From positions 345,599-409,598 of the forward strand of contig QPMI01000058.1 in NCBI GenBank assembly GCA_004431415.1: DNA of 64,000 nt, read 5' to 3'. The notes beneath the pieces were generated by a model. It saw nothing but the letters and a program-made list of their open reading frames with translations, had not been told where the DNA came from and did not search any database. Of this stretch, positions 33,665-46,686 are shown piece by piece (the first letter of the stretch is position 1; the number at the start of each line of letters is the position of its first letter). The DNA comes from Cyanophora paradoxa CCMP329 (Eukaryota > Plantae > Glaucophyta). Position numbers and translations under genes: made by a program.

Positions 33665-36600
33665 ATGCCCAGCAACGCAGCAGCGGCATCGTCATCGCAA
33701 TCGAGCAACCAACAGCAGTCAGCACCATCGAGCGGCCAGCAGGCGCCGTCCACCTCGAGCGGACAGGCGGCGAGTTCGAGCAGTAAGCCGCGTAATCGAA
33801 ATTAAAGCGGCCAAATACTAGTGAACCGCCGCGGCCGCGCGGGCGCCCTCGGAAGCAGCCACCAGCACCTGCAGCTGTGGGCGCAGATGGCGCAGCAGCT
33901 TCAGAATCACAGCCAGCAGAGGCAGCGGCTTCGAGCTCGAGCTCGAGCAGCAACAACAAAAGAAGGGCTCGGCCGCAGCAGCCGGCAAGCGCATCGACAC
34001 CACCGAATTTCGCCACCGAGTCCAGCGGATGTTCGCCGAATCCCGAGGCGCTGAACCGGTCCCAGCAGCATCAGTGCAGCGCGTAACTTTCGAAGAATAT
34101 CGAGCCGCTATACAGCGTGTGAAGCCCGGAGCGGTGCTGCTATCTCGCGCCGACATCGAACACGTTAAGTACATCCTCGAAAACCCGGACGCGCCCGAGC
34201 CCAGCGGCAGCCCAGAGCATGTGAAGCGGGTGAAGAATTGGCGCGAGTTCATGAGGGGGAAGTACACGCTGCGCGAGGTTCCAGATCCGACAGACAACCT
34301 GACAGCGGAGGAGCTCGCCATGCCCAACCCGCGGCCAAGGCGCAAGCTTCGGCTGGTGGTGGAGAAGCAGGTTGACAACCGCTTGAAGCGAGGAAATTCG
34401 GGCGACGCCCCCCCACTGGGCAGGGAGCTGGTGTGTGACGAGGACATTTTCATCTGCATCCAGGTGCGATCGCGGTACAACGCAATTCTCTGCGCACGCG
34501 CAACGCATCTTCAACGCAAGCGTTGGGTTGCTAGCGTTGGACATTCTCAACACATGCGTTGACCATGCGTTGAACAGAATACATTTTAATTTTTATGTCC
34601 ACTGCATTGCACTGTTTGTGACGCGGTCATGATCGTGCGCAGCGCGAACACCTTGAGAGCGGGCACAAAGGTGGCACCGGTGTATACAACAATGCGAAGC
34701 AAAGGTACGCGATTCCTCGCTACCTGGTCCGCATCTACGTCAAGATTTGGTGAGTTTTCTGTCCACCGACAAACCAATCGTGACTAAGACTCACCTGCGG
34801 TCGTGGGATGGGGCTGCAGTCCAGTCTGCAAGCTCAAGAACAAGAGGAGGCAGCCCGACGGGATCCTCCATCCAATCAAGGTGATTGGTTTCTGGGATCG
34901 GGCAATTGTCAACTTCTTTGAGATGCCCAAGGCATGGGGCCCCTGCCCCGCATGGTGAGATGTTGTTATTGATGCGCCTGGCCGCGTGTTAAAATTTACC
35001 TGGGAGTTGCAGGAGTGGCTGCCGGGGTGGAAGTGGAATGAGAGCTCAGGCGAGCTCGAGAGGGTCTGGTACTGGGAGCAAGCAGTGCACGTGTGCCGGT
35101 ACGAGAAGAAAATCCCGGATCCCGAATTTCCGGGCTGCTACAAGACGGACTTTGTCACGGACGTCATTCCGCGATTCTGGGCATTTGTCCTGGCCATAAA
35201 GGTCAGTTTTCGGCACGGTCATGCGCAGATTTCTGCATCCGGTAACGAACAACGGCGAACGCAGGACCACTACACTCGTTTCCTCATCTTGGAGGCTTGC
35301 GAATCAAAGTGCGCAGGCGAAGTTGCTGATCGTCTTCGCGAGAAATTTGCCTACTTCGGCGCATGCACAATCCTGTCCTGCGACAACGGATCGGAGTTCA
35401 AGAATGATGTGAAATTCCCGATATCTCTTGTAAACTTCAATATTAATTATGTTAACGGAGTATGGCAGATCATGAAGGTCCTTATGGCGGCCTACCCGAA
35501 CTCGTCCATCGCCTACGGGAAACCGTACACTCCAGAGCACCAGGCTCTGTGGAGCGTGCGAACAGGGACTCGAAGCCGACGCTCGCGGCTATTTGCTACG
35601 AACGCCGGAACCAGAATGCGGAGGACTGGGCGAACTGGGCCCTAGCCATTCCCGATGTATTTAAAATCCTTTCCATACCCCATTTGAAAATTCCAAGTGC
35701 ACTGATCGATGCTGGATTCTCAGGCAATGGAGTCCCACAACAGCATGAAGTTCGCGAACGGGCACAAGATGACACCCATCGAGGCCATGACCGGGCGCAG
35801 ACCTTCACGAAGGCCTTTGGGAATTGAGCCACCGTCGGATCCGACAAGGCCGTACACCGAGAAGGACATTGAGGACCTCCTCGGAGTGCGCAACGGAATG
35901 TCTGCGCATCCCAACGCATGCGTTGGTAATTGTGTTGTCAGGTTGCAAACATGGAGGAAGTGAACAGAGTGTGCGATGACATGGCGAAGTACGAAGAAGA
36001 TATCGCCAACGCTCTTCTGCAGAGGGCGGAGAGCCCGCTCTTGAAGGATATCCCGGTGTTCTACGTAGTAAGTGCCGTCAATTCATTGCAAATTTTGTCG
36101 CACTCTCATCCAACGCATTCTCAACGCATGCGTTGGACAGATCGATCAGTTTGTGCGTGCATTCGGGAATGTCCAGGCATGCGCACGGCTTGCCGTGTAC
36201 AGAGACCAGATGAAGGCGTGCGCGGAGAAGCAGGGAGCAGGTCCTGTTATCTACAGTATCGGGGATCGTGTGGCCGTCCTTGTCAAACAGCTCGGCATGC
36301 ACGTCCTCCTACAAGCAAGGGTACCTGGGATCGTCACAGAAGTGGTGGACGTCCCGCATGGCCTCTACACGATCAGGACGATGGCGGGTTTCATTGACAC
36401 TCCCATTCAGGGAGCACAATTGATCAACATGAACCTCGTGGGCGGTACGTGCAGGGGTAGTCCCATTTGCACGAATGTTGCACACTCATCAAAAAACTGG
36501 TGCAGGTATGCAGACAATCTGGAAGACAATTGAGGAGAACCGTGCGAACAACATAATGAACGGCACCGTTCCTCTCATGACAGCATTCAAGAGCTTCTGT

Positions 36601-36740
36601 GGCCAGGCCCCGGTCTCGACGTGGACCCGTGCAAGTGCAGGGATGGCTGCCCTCAGCGTGTCGTGCGTTTTGCGGGCGCCGCCCCCGCACTTCTGCATCC
36701 GCGAGAGAGCGTGAGCTCGAAATATAAACTTAAATTCTAG
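33665..36740 (+). CDS. Intron-rich Ginger/KRBA2/SCAND3-like rve integrase (transposase) gene
   Basis: Spliced reading gives H..GHKGG...C..C zinc finger, DRAIVNFFEM, KDHYTRF, FGACTILSCDNGSEFKN, GKPYTPEHQGSVERAN, TPIEAMTG, SH3-like GDRVAV..PGIV..YTIRT.AG and a Cys-rich tail. About 9 short GT-AG introns. Confidence 0.82.
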
Positions 36741-37656
36741 CTCGATGTCATAACTGAAATTAAGGGACGGCACCTTCAGAAACAGCCAGGCTCGTGGGCA
36801 TGTCTCCGGAGTGTACTCCCCCCCCGATCCCTCGATCGGCTCGTCCCACAGTAGCCGCACGACGTCCCGTGCCGTGTTGCAGTCCCCAGTGCCGCGCTTG
36901 CCATCCGTGTCCTCCTTCAGGTAGTTCGCGCCTGTCGCCGCCCTCTTCTTTGCTCGAGGTTCACCTGCAGAGGCGAGCACAGCTCCGACGGATGTCTGGA
37001 CCTGCAAGCGCAACACCTCCACGAGCGAACTCAGCTGCGCCGAGTCCGACGAAGTCGCCGCCTGAACCGGCTGGGGCGCCGGCGCTGCAGCTGCGTGCTG
37101 CGCCTTGCCGCGCTTCATGAGCTTCACAAGTTCGGGGTCGGTGTTGCTGTCGCCGTCCTCGTGCGCTGGCTGCATGTCCCGCCGCACGACGTAGAAGAAA
37201 CATCCGGGACTGAGCTTCGGCAGCTTCCGAGACGCAGTCCTCAGATCGAGGGTGTCCGCCTCCGGATCGTAGAAGTACAGGTCCAGGCCCGCAGGTCCGA
37301 CGGATTGCGTGAAGCGGAGCTCCCGCTCCGCATCCTTCAAGAGCTCCGCAGGCCATCCCGGGCCTCCCTCGACCTCGAGGGTCACCGTCGCTGCGTCACG
37401 GGCAAGGTGCGCGCACGCGCGGTCGGGCATCAGCGCGGCGCCCGGTGCGCGCCTTCGCATCACAGCTCAAGAGTATCGAACCTTTGGTCGTAGTTAGGCC
37501 TCCGTTCTGCCGGCTGTCGGCGAGAACACGCACTTCGACTGGTTCCGCGGGCGCCTGCAGCTGCCCTGCGCGAGCCGCCGACTCTTCGGCTCCCGCAGCC
37601 GCTGCTGCGTCGCTCGACTCGCCTTGCTTAGCCACTTTGCCCTTCTTGGGCGCCAT
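36730..37656 (-). CDS. Hypothetical gene convergent with the integrase (possible second transposon gene), 3' end uncertain
   Basis: ATG 37656 (MAPKKGK..), probable intron, then the long ORF 36489..37463 with globular-looking composition. Confidence 0.45.
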
Positions 37657-38235
37657 GTGCGGACCGCCCCGCCCGCTGCCGCAGTGCTGTCTGCCGGCTG
37701 CTGCTGTGCGCACTACCTATAGTACTATTGCATCATTCGCTGCGAGTCGTACTACGGTAGTAACCCCCCCAACGCAAGCTCCGGCTGCGCTGGCCGGCGC
37801 CTTTTTTTCTGCGATGGCTCGAAAGCGTGCGCCATAAAAATAAGATGGCGCGCCATTTTATTTGGCGCACCATAGACGATCGCTTCAAGCGGGGTGACGA
37901 TCGCATGGCGCGCGCGCGCCCGCCAGCGGCGCCCGCGGCGCGACTTCGTCGTACACGAAGTTCTGACGAATCGAATACGCCCGACGGCGTCTTGAATCTT
38001 GCCGCTGGCTATGGCCAGCAAGTTAAGTCGATTTCGCCAAACCCGCGCCACCCGCCGCTTCCGAAGGCTACCGAAAAGTACGGGTTCGAATTCGATTCGC
38101 ACCCGGTGACCGTGCGAACTCCTCTCGCCAAGTACTAGTCGTGGAATGTGTACTACATTGTGTAGATCTGAGCATGTTATTTTTTGTTTTTGATATTACC
38201 GTAGTGCCGGCCACAGCCTCTAGTCTACGGCGGCG

Positions 38236-41200
38236 TCAGGCGACGAGCAGCGCGTTCAGGCGGTGCAGCTCCGGGGGGGAGAGGAGCAGGGGTACGGGCC
38301 CCGCGGGGGGCGCGAAGGCCCCCTGGGCGCCCCCCAGGATCGAGTGGAGGTCGCCCAGAAGGGACCCGGCGGCGGCCGCCCCCGTCGGCACCGAGATGCG
38401 CCCGACGGGCACCCTGCGGGCTCCGGCCGGGGCGGCGGGAGATGGGGCCGGGGCGCCCGCGGCGGGGGCCGGGGCGGGGAGGAGGGCGGCGGCGAGGGCG
38501 CGGGCGCGGGCGGCGCGGGCGAGGAGCGGGTCCTCCTCGCCTGCCCCCGCCCCGCCGCGTACGGGCCGTTGCGGGCAGGCCGGCAGGGCCTACGCCGCCC
38601 GCCGCCGCGCTGCCGCCCGCTCGGCCGCCACCGGCGGCGCGGGGGCGCGAGAGAGACGACGCGGGCGCCCGACTCGACGGCGCGCAGGTGCTGCCGGGGC
38701 GCCGCCTCAGGTGAGCCGCTCTCTGGGCCGCCCGGGGCGGGGGGGGGGGGGGGGAGGGGGGGGGGTGCGGGGCGGGGCGGGCGGGGCGGACCCTCACGAC
38801 GGTGCCGAGCTCCCGGATGCACCCGAGCGCGGCGCGGGGGCCCGACGATCCCGCGCCGGCGCGGGCGGCCTGCAGCGCGAGCGGCTCGGCGCCCGGCGCG
38901 GGCGGGTCCGAGGATTCTCCGCTGGCGAGCGGCTGGGCGGGACGGGCGGGGACGGCGACGGCGGCGCGCGGGGCGGCGGCGGCGGGGCGGGACGGGCGGG
39001 GCCGTCGGGGAGGGGCGCGAGGTCCGCGAGCAGCCGCTGCGTCTCGGAAAGCGCCGCGCGGCGCGTCTGCCGCGGGGCCCCTCGGCGAGGGGGAGGCCGG
39101 GCCAACAGGGAGCGGGCGGGGGCGCACGAGGGAATAGAGGTGCCGGAGGGCGTTCTTGAGCGTCACCGCCTCGAGACGCGCGCTGCGCGGCCCCCTCAGA
39201 CCTCTCTTTCTTTCATTCCCAAGGGCCCCCCGGGAGGGCGGGCGGGCGCGCCTCGCGAGCTCGTTGGCGGATGCCGTGCCCTCGAGCAGGGGCGAGGCGC
39301 GGCTCTCCCGCAGCTTCGCCAGCGCTGCCGCGGGGCCCGCCGCCGCCGCCGCGGAGCCGCCGGCGGCCGCAGCAGCGGTGGCCGCCGCCTGCGCGCCCGT
39401 CAGGTGCGGCGCGCCTCCGCCCAGAAGGCCCTAAAGGATCCTATCCCTACTCCTGGAAAGCCTCCAGCGGCCCCGGCAGGCCCGGCAGAGGCGAGCGGGG
39501 CGCACCTTGGCCTCGGCGAGGTCGGCGCGGGCCTTGGCGACCGCCGCCTCGGCCTCCGCCAGGCGCGCCCGGAGCTCGGCCTCCTCCCGCTGCGCCAGCT
39601 GCGCGGGGCGCGTCGGAGGGGGCGCGAAGGGGTGAGGGGGCGGGGGGCGGGGCGGGCCTCGGAGGCGGCGCGGAGGCGGGAGGCCTCCTGCTGGGCCGCC
39701 CCCGTCTGCTCCGCCTGCGCGCCCCCGACCCCTCATCACCGAAGCCGGCGGCTCGAGAAGCGGTCGCCGAGCTCGAGCGTGGCGCGGCTCCCGGCCGGGG
39801 CCGCGTCCACGGGGGCCCAGCGCGTGCGGGGGGCGGGGACCTTGGCGGCGAGCGCGTCGAGGCGGTGGGCGAGCTTCGCGTACTTCACCGCCGCCTCCTC
39901 CAGCTCCTGCCGCCGAGGCGCGTAAGGGGACGCTTCACGGCGCCGTCCGTCGGGCCCGAGAGACAGGGGCGCGGCGCCCCCTCGCGCCGGCGTGGGGCGG
40001 GGCGGGGCGTGGGGCGGGGCACCTTGTCGCGCTGGAGGAGGCGGCGCTCGGCCTCCTCGCGGGCGCGGCGCTCCTCCTCGAGGCGCCCCCGCACGGCCCC
40101 CGCCGCCGCCAGCTCGCCCTTCACCCGCCCCGCCCGCGCCTCCATCGCCCCCCGGCCCCCTCTCGCCTCTCCCCCGCCTGCGCGGCCAGCTCGGCGAGGG
40201 CGGCCCCCTGCGCTCCAGCGCCGGGCCGCTCGGGCGGGCGGGGTTTGGGAGCTGGGGCGGGGGCCGGGCGGGGCGCGCCTTGGCGTCGAAGTCGCCGGCG
40301 AGGAGGCCCTCGAAGGCCTCGTCCACCCGCCGCTGCGCCGCCGCCAGCTCCCCCAGCGCCCCCCGCAGCGGGCCCGCCCCCGCCCCTCCCCCACCGCCCC
40401 CGCCGCCTGCCCCGCCGCCCGCTCCGCCGCCTCGAGCCGCTCGAAGAGGGCGGCGGGGGCGCTCGCGAGGGACGCCCCGCGCAGGCGGCGACGAGGCGGC
40501 GGAGGCGGCCTGCAGCGTGGAAAGGGCGCCCTGCACGCGCGAGAGGAGCGCAGCGCGCGCCCGCTCGTCCCCCTCCTCCGCGCTCTCCAGCAGAACCGCG
40601 TCGGCCTCCTCGCCGGCGGGCGGGCCGGCGAGCCCGCGCGCCGCCTCGGCGGCCGCCCCGGCGAGGTCGGCGTCCAAGGCCTCGAGGCGCAGCAGGAGGC
40701 GCCGGCCGGCCTCCTCCGCCCGCTCCCACGCCGGCACCAGCGCCCGCAGCCGCTCCTCCGGCCCCGCCGCCCTCGCCCCTGCCCCCGCCGCCCGCTCCAG
40801 CGCCGACTGCGGGAAGAAGGCGGCTGAGGGGCTTCACAGAGAGGGAAAGGGGCCGGGGGGGCGGACGTCAAGGTCGGGGGCGTCGGCGGCGTCGCTGAGC
40901 ATGTCCTCCCTGACGGCCTGCAGCAGCCGCTCGAGGGCGCGCTCGACGGCGGGGAGCTCGCGCGCCGCCGCCCCCGCCAGGCGCCCGTACGCGGCGTCCT
41001 CCTCCAGCGCGACGAGCCCCGCCCGCAGCTGCCTCGCCACACTCGTCGCCCGCAGCGCCTTCTCCCGCAGCTGCCCCCGGCCCCGCGGCTCTGGCGCGCG
41101 CCCGGGCGCGCGGGCGAAGCTGTCTCACGCACGCGGAGGGCGGCGCGGCAGGTCGCCGGCGTGAGGCCCGCGCGCAGCAGCTCCACCGGCGTCGACGGGG

Positions 41201-44200
41201 ACGGGTACCGCTGCAGCAGCTGCCCCGGGGTGAGCGGCGGCAGGCAGGGGTCGGACGGCGGGGCGGGGGCGGGGGCGGGGGCGCACGAAGGTGGCGAGGG
41301 CGTCGGCCTTGGCGGCGCAGCGGTGGGCGGCGAGGAGGGCGGCGAGCGGCTCGGCCTCGCCCCGCGCCAGCGCCTCCGGCACCAGCGCCGCCACAAAGTC
41401 CCTGGCGACGATCGTGAGGCACGGAAGCTTGCCGCGGCCTGTGAACGGCGGGCGGGCGGCCCCCTCTAGCCCCCCGCCCCGCCCTGCTCGACGCCCCTCC
41501 ACCCGCCCCGGGGCGCACCTGTGGAGGGCGGCCTCGGCGGCGGCGCAGCGCGCGGCCTCGAGCTCCATAGCGGCGGCCAGGGCCCGCAGCGCCGCCCCGC
41601 CCTCGGCCGCCGCCGCCCGCTGCGCCCGCTCCCGCGCCTCCGCGTCGCCGCCGGGGCCCGAGGAGGCGGCGGCGGCCTCGCGGAGGGACTCGTTGGCGGC
41701 AAGCAGCGCCCGCATGCGCTCCCGGAACTGCTCCAGCGTCCTGCCCGGGGCGGCAAGCCGGCTTGAGGGCGCGAGGGGCGCAGGCAGCGGGGCGGCGAGG
41801 GCGGCACCGCTCGAGGTCGGCGGCGCGCTCGCGAAGGGCGGCGGCCTCGGCCCGGGCCTCCTCGGCCGCCGCGTCGCGCGCGCCCAGCTCGTCGGCGAGG
41901 CGCCGCATCTCCGTCCGGTGCTCCTCCTCGATCGCCTCGCTGCCGGCCCCCGTCGGCGGGGCGCTGGGCGGGGGCCGGGGCGGGGGCGGGGGTACCTGAG
42001 GTCCTTCAGGTCCTCCAGGTCCTGCACCTGGCCCCGCAGCCGCTCCGCCTCCTGCCCCGCCAGAGTGAGACGAGGCCGGCGAGCCCCCGCGCGAGCGGGG
42101 GGGCGGCGTCTGTGGCTCCAAGGCAGCCCCTCCCGCGTTCTACGTCGCAGGGCGGCAGGGCCCCGGCACCTCGTCGAGGGAGGCGTTCTTGGCGATGAGG
42201 CGCTCGGCCATGGCGGCGGCGCCGGCCCCCTCCTCCACCCGCTCCTCCAGCTCCCCCGAGCGCTGCACGCCCGGGCGCCGCCTCAGACGAAGAAGAGCAA
42301 CGGGACGCCGAGTCCGCGGCCCGGCGCGGGCCTCCAGGGCGCTAGGGGGCCGGCGGAGCTTGGCGGGCTCTGCCGGGAGGGCATGGCGGGGCGGTCCTCT
42401 GGGGGCGGGGCGGGGCCGGGGGCGGGGGGGCGCGCCAGCTTCTCGGCGGCGAGGTCGCGCTGGAGGCGCTCGGCGCGCTCCTCCGCCTCCCGCGCCCGCC
42501 CCGCCTCCTTCTCCGCCTCCCGCACCTGCCCCGCGCCCCGCCCCGCCCCGCCTCAGCCGACGGGGGCCGGGGAGGGGGATGCCTGGGCGGCGCGCCTTGG
42601 CCTGGAGGGCGGCCTTCTCGCGGCTGGTGACCTCGTGGACCTTCTGCAGCGCCTCCCGCAGCTTCCCGTTCTGCGGCGCCGGGCCCGACTCAGGACCCCG
42701 GGAGCCCGCCGCGGTTCCGGGCTCGCTTCGGGGCGCTCTGGCGCCCCCAGCGCGCCGCACCTGCTCGCGGAGGGCGCGCAGCTCGGCGGCGGCGGCGGCG
42801 GCCTCGCCCGCCCCACCTCCCGCCTCGGGGCCGGGGAGGGCGGAGGCGGCGAGCTCCTCGCGGAGGCGCGCCTCCTCCTGCAGCAGCTCCCGGTCCGTCT
42901 CCAGCTCCTCCACCTGGCCCCGCCCCCCGTCAGACCGCGGCCCGCCCCGCCCCGCCTGTCCCCTCGGGGTTCGGAGCGGGAGCCGAGCTCTAGAGCCGCT
43001 GGGCCGAACGAGGCTCGACCCGGGGGCGCCGAGCCTCGGCACTCGAATCCTCTGGCCTTGGGCGGCGCCCCGCCCCGCCCCGCCCGTGCCCGCCCGGCTC
43101 CCTCCGGCCTCGGGTGACGCGCCTTGAGCTTGAGGGCCTCGAGCTCCTGGAGCAGCGCCTCGGCCTTCTCCTCCGCCAGCTCCTTCTCCACCGCCGCCCC
43201 TTCCGCCACCTGCGTCCAGCCCAACGCCTCAGCGCTCTGCTTCACGCGGTTTCCATTGCTTCGGAGAGGGGCCGCGGGGGGGGGGAGGGGGGGGGGGGGG
43301 GTTGCGCCTAGAGCGAGAAGCTACGCTTAGAGATGCGCGGCTGCCTCGCGGGCCCGACTCGAGAACTCGAGGGAATCGTGAGCTTGCTAGCGGGGCGCAC
43401 CTCCTGGGCCTCGGCGAGGGCCCGGCGGGCCTCGGCGAGCTGAGCCTCGACGTCGCGCGCCGACGAGTCCCTCGCGCGCCGCTCCCCCGCCGCCGCCTCG
43501 AACCGCGCCGCCGCCTCTGCCCGATGCACGGGCACGTGGGCGGGGGCGGGGTGGGGGTTGGGGTTGGGGGAGGGGTTTTTTTTGGGGGGGGGGGTGGGGG
43601 GGGAGAATCGCGAACCCTGGAGGCGCCGTTCGAGCTCGGCGGTCTTCTCGCGCGCGGCCGCCGCCGCCGCCTCCGACTCTGCGCGCAAACGGGGCCGCGT
43701 GAGGGGCGGAGAGGGCAGCGGACGCGCGGGGATTCGAACCGGCGATCTGGACGGCGAACTCCTCCCTCTGCTTTGCGATGCGGTTCTCGAGTGACTTCAC
43801 CTGAGGCCCCGGCCGGTCGGAGGCTAGAAGAAGGCGGGGGAGAGAGGAGTAAGCGTGGGGGGCACCTCGCGCTCGCGCTCGACGAGCTGCCGCTCGAGCT
43901 CGCGGCGGTGGTGCTCCCACCCCGCGGAGTCGCCCAGCGCCCGCGTGCTGCTGCGGCGCCCCGCGCGTCAGCGCGCCCCGGCGCGCAGCGGGCCGGCCGG
44001 GCGCGCGCGTGCGCGCCTCTGGCGGCGGGCGTCGGCGAGCGTCGCCCCGCTGGAGATGCGGGGGAGGGGCGACCCCTCGGGCGTGCCTGCCGGCGGCGGC
44101 TCGTGCGACGATGTCATTGCGCGCCTGCGCGCCGCGCGGGGCGCTCGACGCGGCGGGCGAAGGCGGCCAGGGGCCGGGCGGGCGGGCGGGCAGCGGTGGC

Positions 44201-45002
44201 GCACCGCCGGGCGGAGTCGGGGACATAGTCGCTGGGCGGGGGCATGGCGGAGCGGAGGGGTGTGACTGGCTCCTCGGGCTGCGGCTCGGCAGAGACGACG
44301 GGCGAGCCGCCGAAGCGGCCGCCGCTGCGGATGTGCACGGGCGACTCGCTGCGGATGGGCGGCGGGGGCGACATCATCGCCCCCTCCGCCTGCTCCTCGT
44401 TGATCGCCGGCGGCACCAGAACGCCCGACGGCGTCCGCGGCGTGAGCGGGGCCGCCGCCGCGGGACTCGCAGCGGCGGAGCGGCCGGCCAGACTCGGGCG
44501 GGCCGGTGTCCGCGGTGACGGGAGGGGAGCGCGCGGAGACGGCAGCGGCGCGGAAGAAGGCTCCTGGCTCTTGCGCAGTGTGCCGCTCAGGGACGTGCGC
44601 GTGGCCGCCGGCGTCGCGCTTGGGCGCGGGATGGAGGTAGTTGCGGTCGTGGATGTGCGCGGCACCGCGGTCGTCGCTGCGTTCCGGAGCTTCAGTACGG
44701 TAAACGATCGAGGATCTCGGTTGCGCTCTATGCTCACTTCGCGCAGTCGCCGCGGAGGCGGGCTTCGCCGCTGCACTTGAACTCGCCGCAGCGGACGTCG
44801 TCTCCTTCCGCGCCTTCAGGCGCTCCTCAAGGGCCGCCTTGCGCTCCTCCAGCGTCGTCCCGGTTGACGGGCGCGCCGTGGCGCCCGCAGCGGCGCCGAG
44901 AGACGCCCGCGCCGGCACCTGCGCTCCCATCGCACCACGTTCGTGCTCTTGCGCGTGTGTACGCACCCGCGGCTTCGGAAGGTTGCTCCCTGGCGCCGAC
45001 AT
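38236..45002 (-). CDS. DCTN1: Dynactin subunit 1 (p150Glued)-like coiled-coil protein, many GC-rich introns
   Basis: Exon peptides AVEKELAEEKAEALLQELEALK/VEELETDRELL, QNGKLREALQKV, GAAAMAERLIAKNASLDE, VQDLEDLKDL, TLEQFRE follow the order of recalled p150 CC1 motifs (LDKEMAEERAESLQQE, QNARLKDAL, GAEEMVEML..NL.LEE). C-term ELHRLNALLVA*. Confidence 0.75.
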
Positions 45003-45046
45003 CGCCGACGCCTCAGCTAGGGGGGTAGAGTCAATTCTGGGCGAAA

Positions 45047-46686
45047 ATGCGGGCGTCGTCGGCCGCTGTGCTGCTGATCTGTGCCGCAATAGCCTACGCA
45101 CACTGGGACAAGCCACCTCCCGCGAGCGGACCGGTGCACGCGGCGGCCTTGCGTTTGCGCGGACGCCGCTCACAGCGCTCGCCCAGTTCGCGGAGCTCGT
45201 CGCGTCGCGGATACGGGCGGAAACCGGAGGTTCCAGGCGTGCGTTTGAAAGCCTTAGGCGTGACCCGTCGCCCCTCGTCGCGCTGCCAGCCAAGGCCCGG
45301 CGCCCGCAGGCGCGCTCATGACGCTGGCGACGAACGGGCAGTACGCGGAGACCGTTTCCGTGCTCGCGTACAGCTACAGGCGCGTGCATCCGCGCTCGAA
45401 CCACTCACTAGTCGTCATGGTGCGGCACTTCTGGCCCAAAAGTTCTGGTTGGCGCCTCTTTCTCTCGCCCCGCGGGTGACGCGCGGGGCCGGCAGGTGCG
45501 GGCGACGGTCCCCGAGGACGCCGTTGAGCTGCTATCCGTCTTGTTCGACCGCGTCGTCGAGGTGAGGCGTACCCCCCCCCCGACCTGCGGAGCCCGCCAC
45601 CGCACTCACGATCCGCAGGTCGAGGAGCTGGACTTCGGCAGCGTAGGGACCTCCGTGACGGACTCGTGGCTCAAGCTCCGCGCGTGGCAGTTCGTGGAGT
45701 ACGAGCGCGTCGTCTACGTACGTACCCCTACTGCCCGCCACCCCACCCCTCCCCCCCGGGGCCGGCTCGCCGACCCCGCGCCCCGCCCGCAGCTCGGGGG
45801 CGACACGCTCATTCTCCGTCCGATCCGCGCCCTCTTCCAGTGCCCCCCGCCCTGCGGTTCGCGTACCCCTTGCCCCTCCCGCCTCCGCCTCCTGCTTCGC
45901 TCGATTCGGGGCCAGGCGTGTACGACGGGTACCTGTGGGAGACTGCGGAGTCGGGTACGTCGATTAACGGAGATGTCTTCGTGCTGCGGCCCTCCCTCCC
46001 CGACTTCGCTCGCCTCGCCGAGTGGGCCGCCGTCTGGGACGACCGGCGCGCCCCGTACCCCCCGCCTGCCTCTCCCCATCAACCTTCCGTTCTGAGCGGC
46101 CGGCGGGGGGGGGGGGGGGGTATACAGGAGGGACGTGATGGGCCCGCGGCCGCGGACGTGGCTGGCTGCCCACGAGGCCCCCTGCGAGGGCCGCCGCCAG
46201 AACACCTTCGTGGGGCCCTACGACCAGGCGCCCGAGCGTACCCCCCGCCCCCTTCTCCCCCGGCCGTAACGGCGTACGCAGGGCTTGCTCAACCGCTACT
46301 TCGGGCGGAACATCACGGTACTCCCCCTCGAGTTCAACTTCATGCCCTACACCCTCCTCTCCCAGGAGGGCTCCTTCGACGTGCGCCCCGACCCCGTACC
46401 CCCGCGCCGTGGACGTCGTACCCCGGTCCGACGCCCCGGGGTGCAGAGGCGCTTCCTGGCGATGGAAGCGGCGCGCGTGCGCGTCGCGCACTACGCGATC
46501 GTGAAGCCCTGGTCGGCCCGCGCGGTCCGCCCGTCCGCACCCGTGCTGCTTCCGTTCCTCCTCCCCGATGAGCCGGCGGGGCAGGAGTACGCGGAGCTTC
46601 AGGAGCCGTGGTTCCGGATGTGGAGGGAGGCGCGGGCCGAGATGCGGGATTGGCTCTGCCGCGAGCGCTCCCTCTGCGCCCTCTGA
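45047..46686 (+). CDS. Glycosyltransferase family 8 (glycogenin-like), N-terminal signal/anchor, multi-exon
   Basis: LMTLATNGQY..VLAYS, KLRAWQFVEYERVVY-LGGDTLIL, NGDVFVLRPS, DQ-GLLNRYF..LPLEFN, AHYAIVKPW. Confidence 0.85.

Noticed and set aside
43725-43745. GGTTCGAATCC B-box (also at ~27315) as a tRNA gene
   Set aside because: No cloverleaf. It coincides with a probable exon/intron boundary of the dynactin-like gene.
38141-44780. Many long Arg/Gly/Pro/Ala-rich ORFs on both strands
   Set aside because: Stop-poor artefacts of very high GC, overlapping the spliced minus-strand gene.
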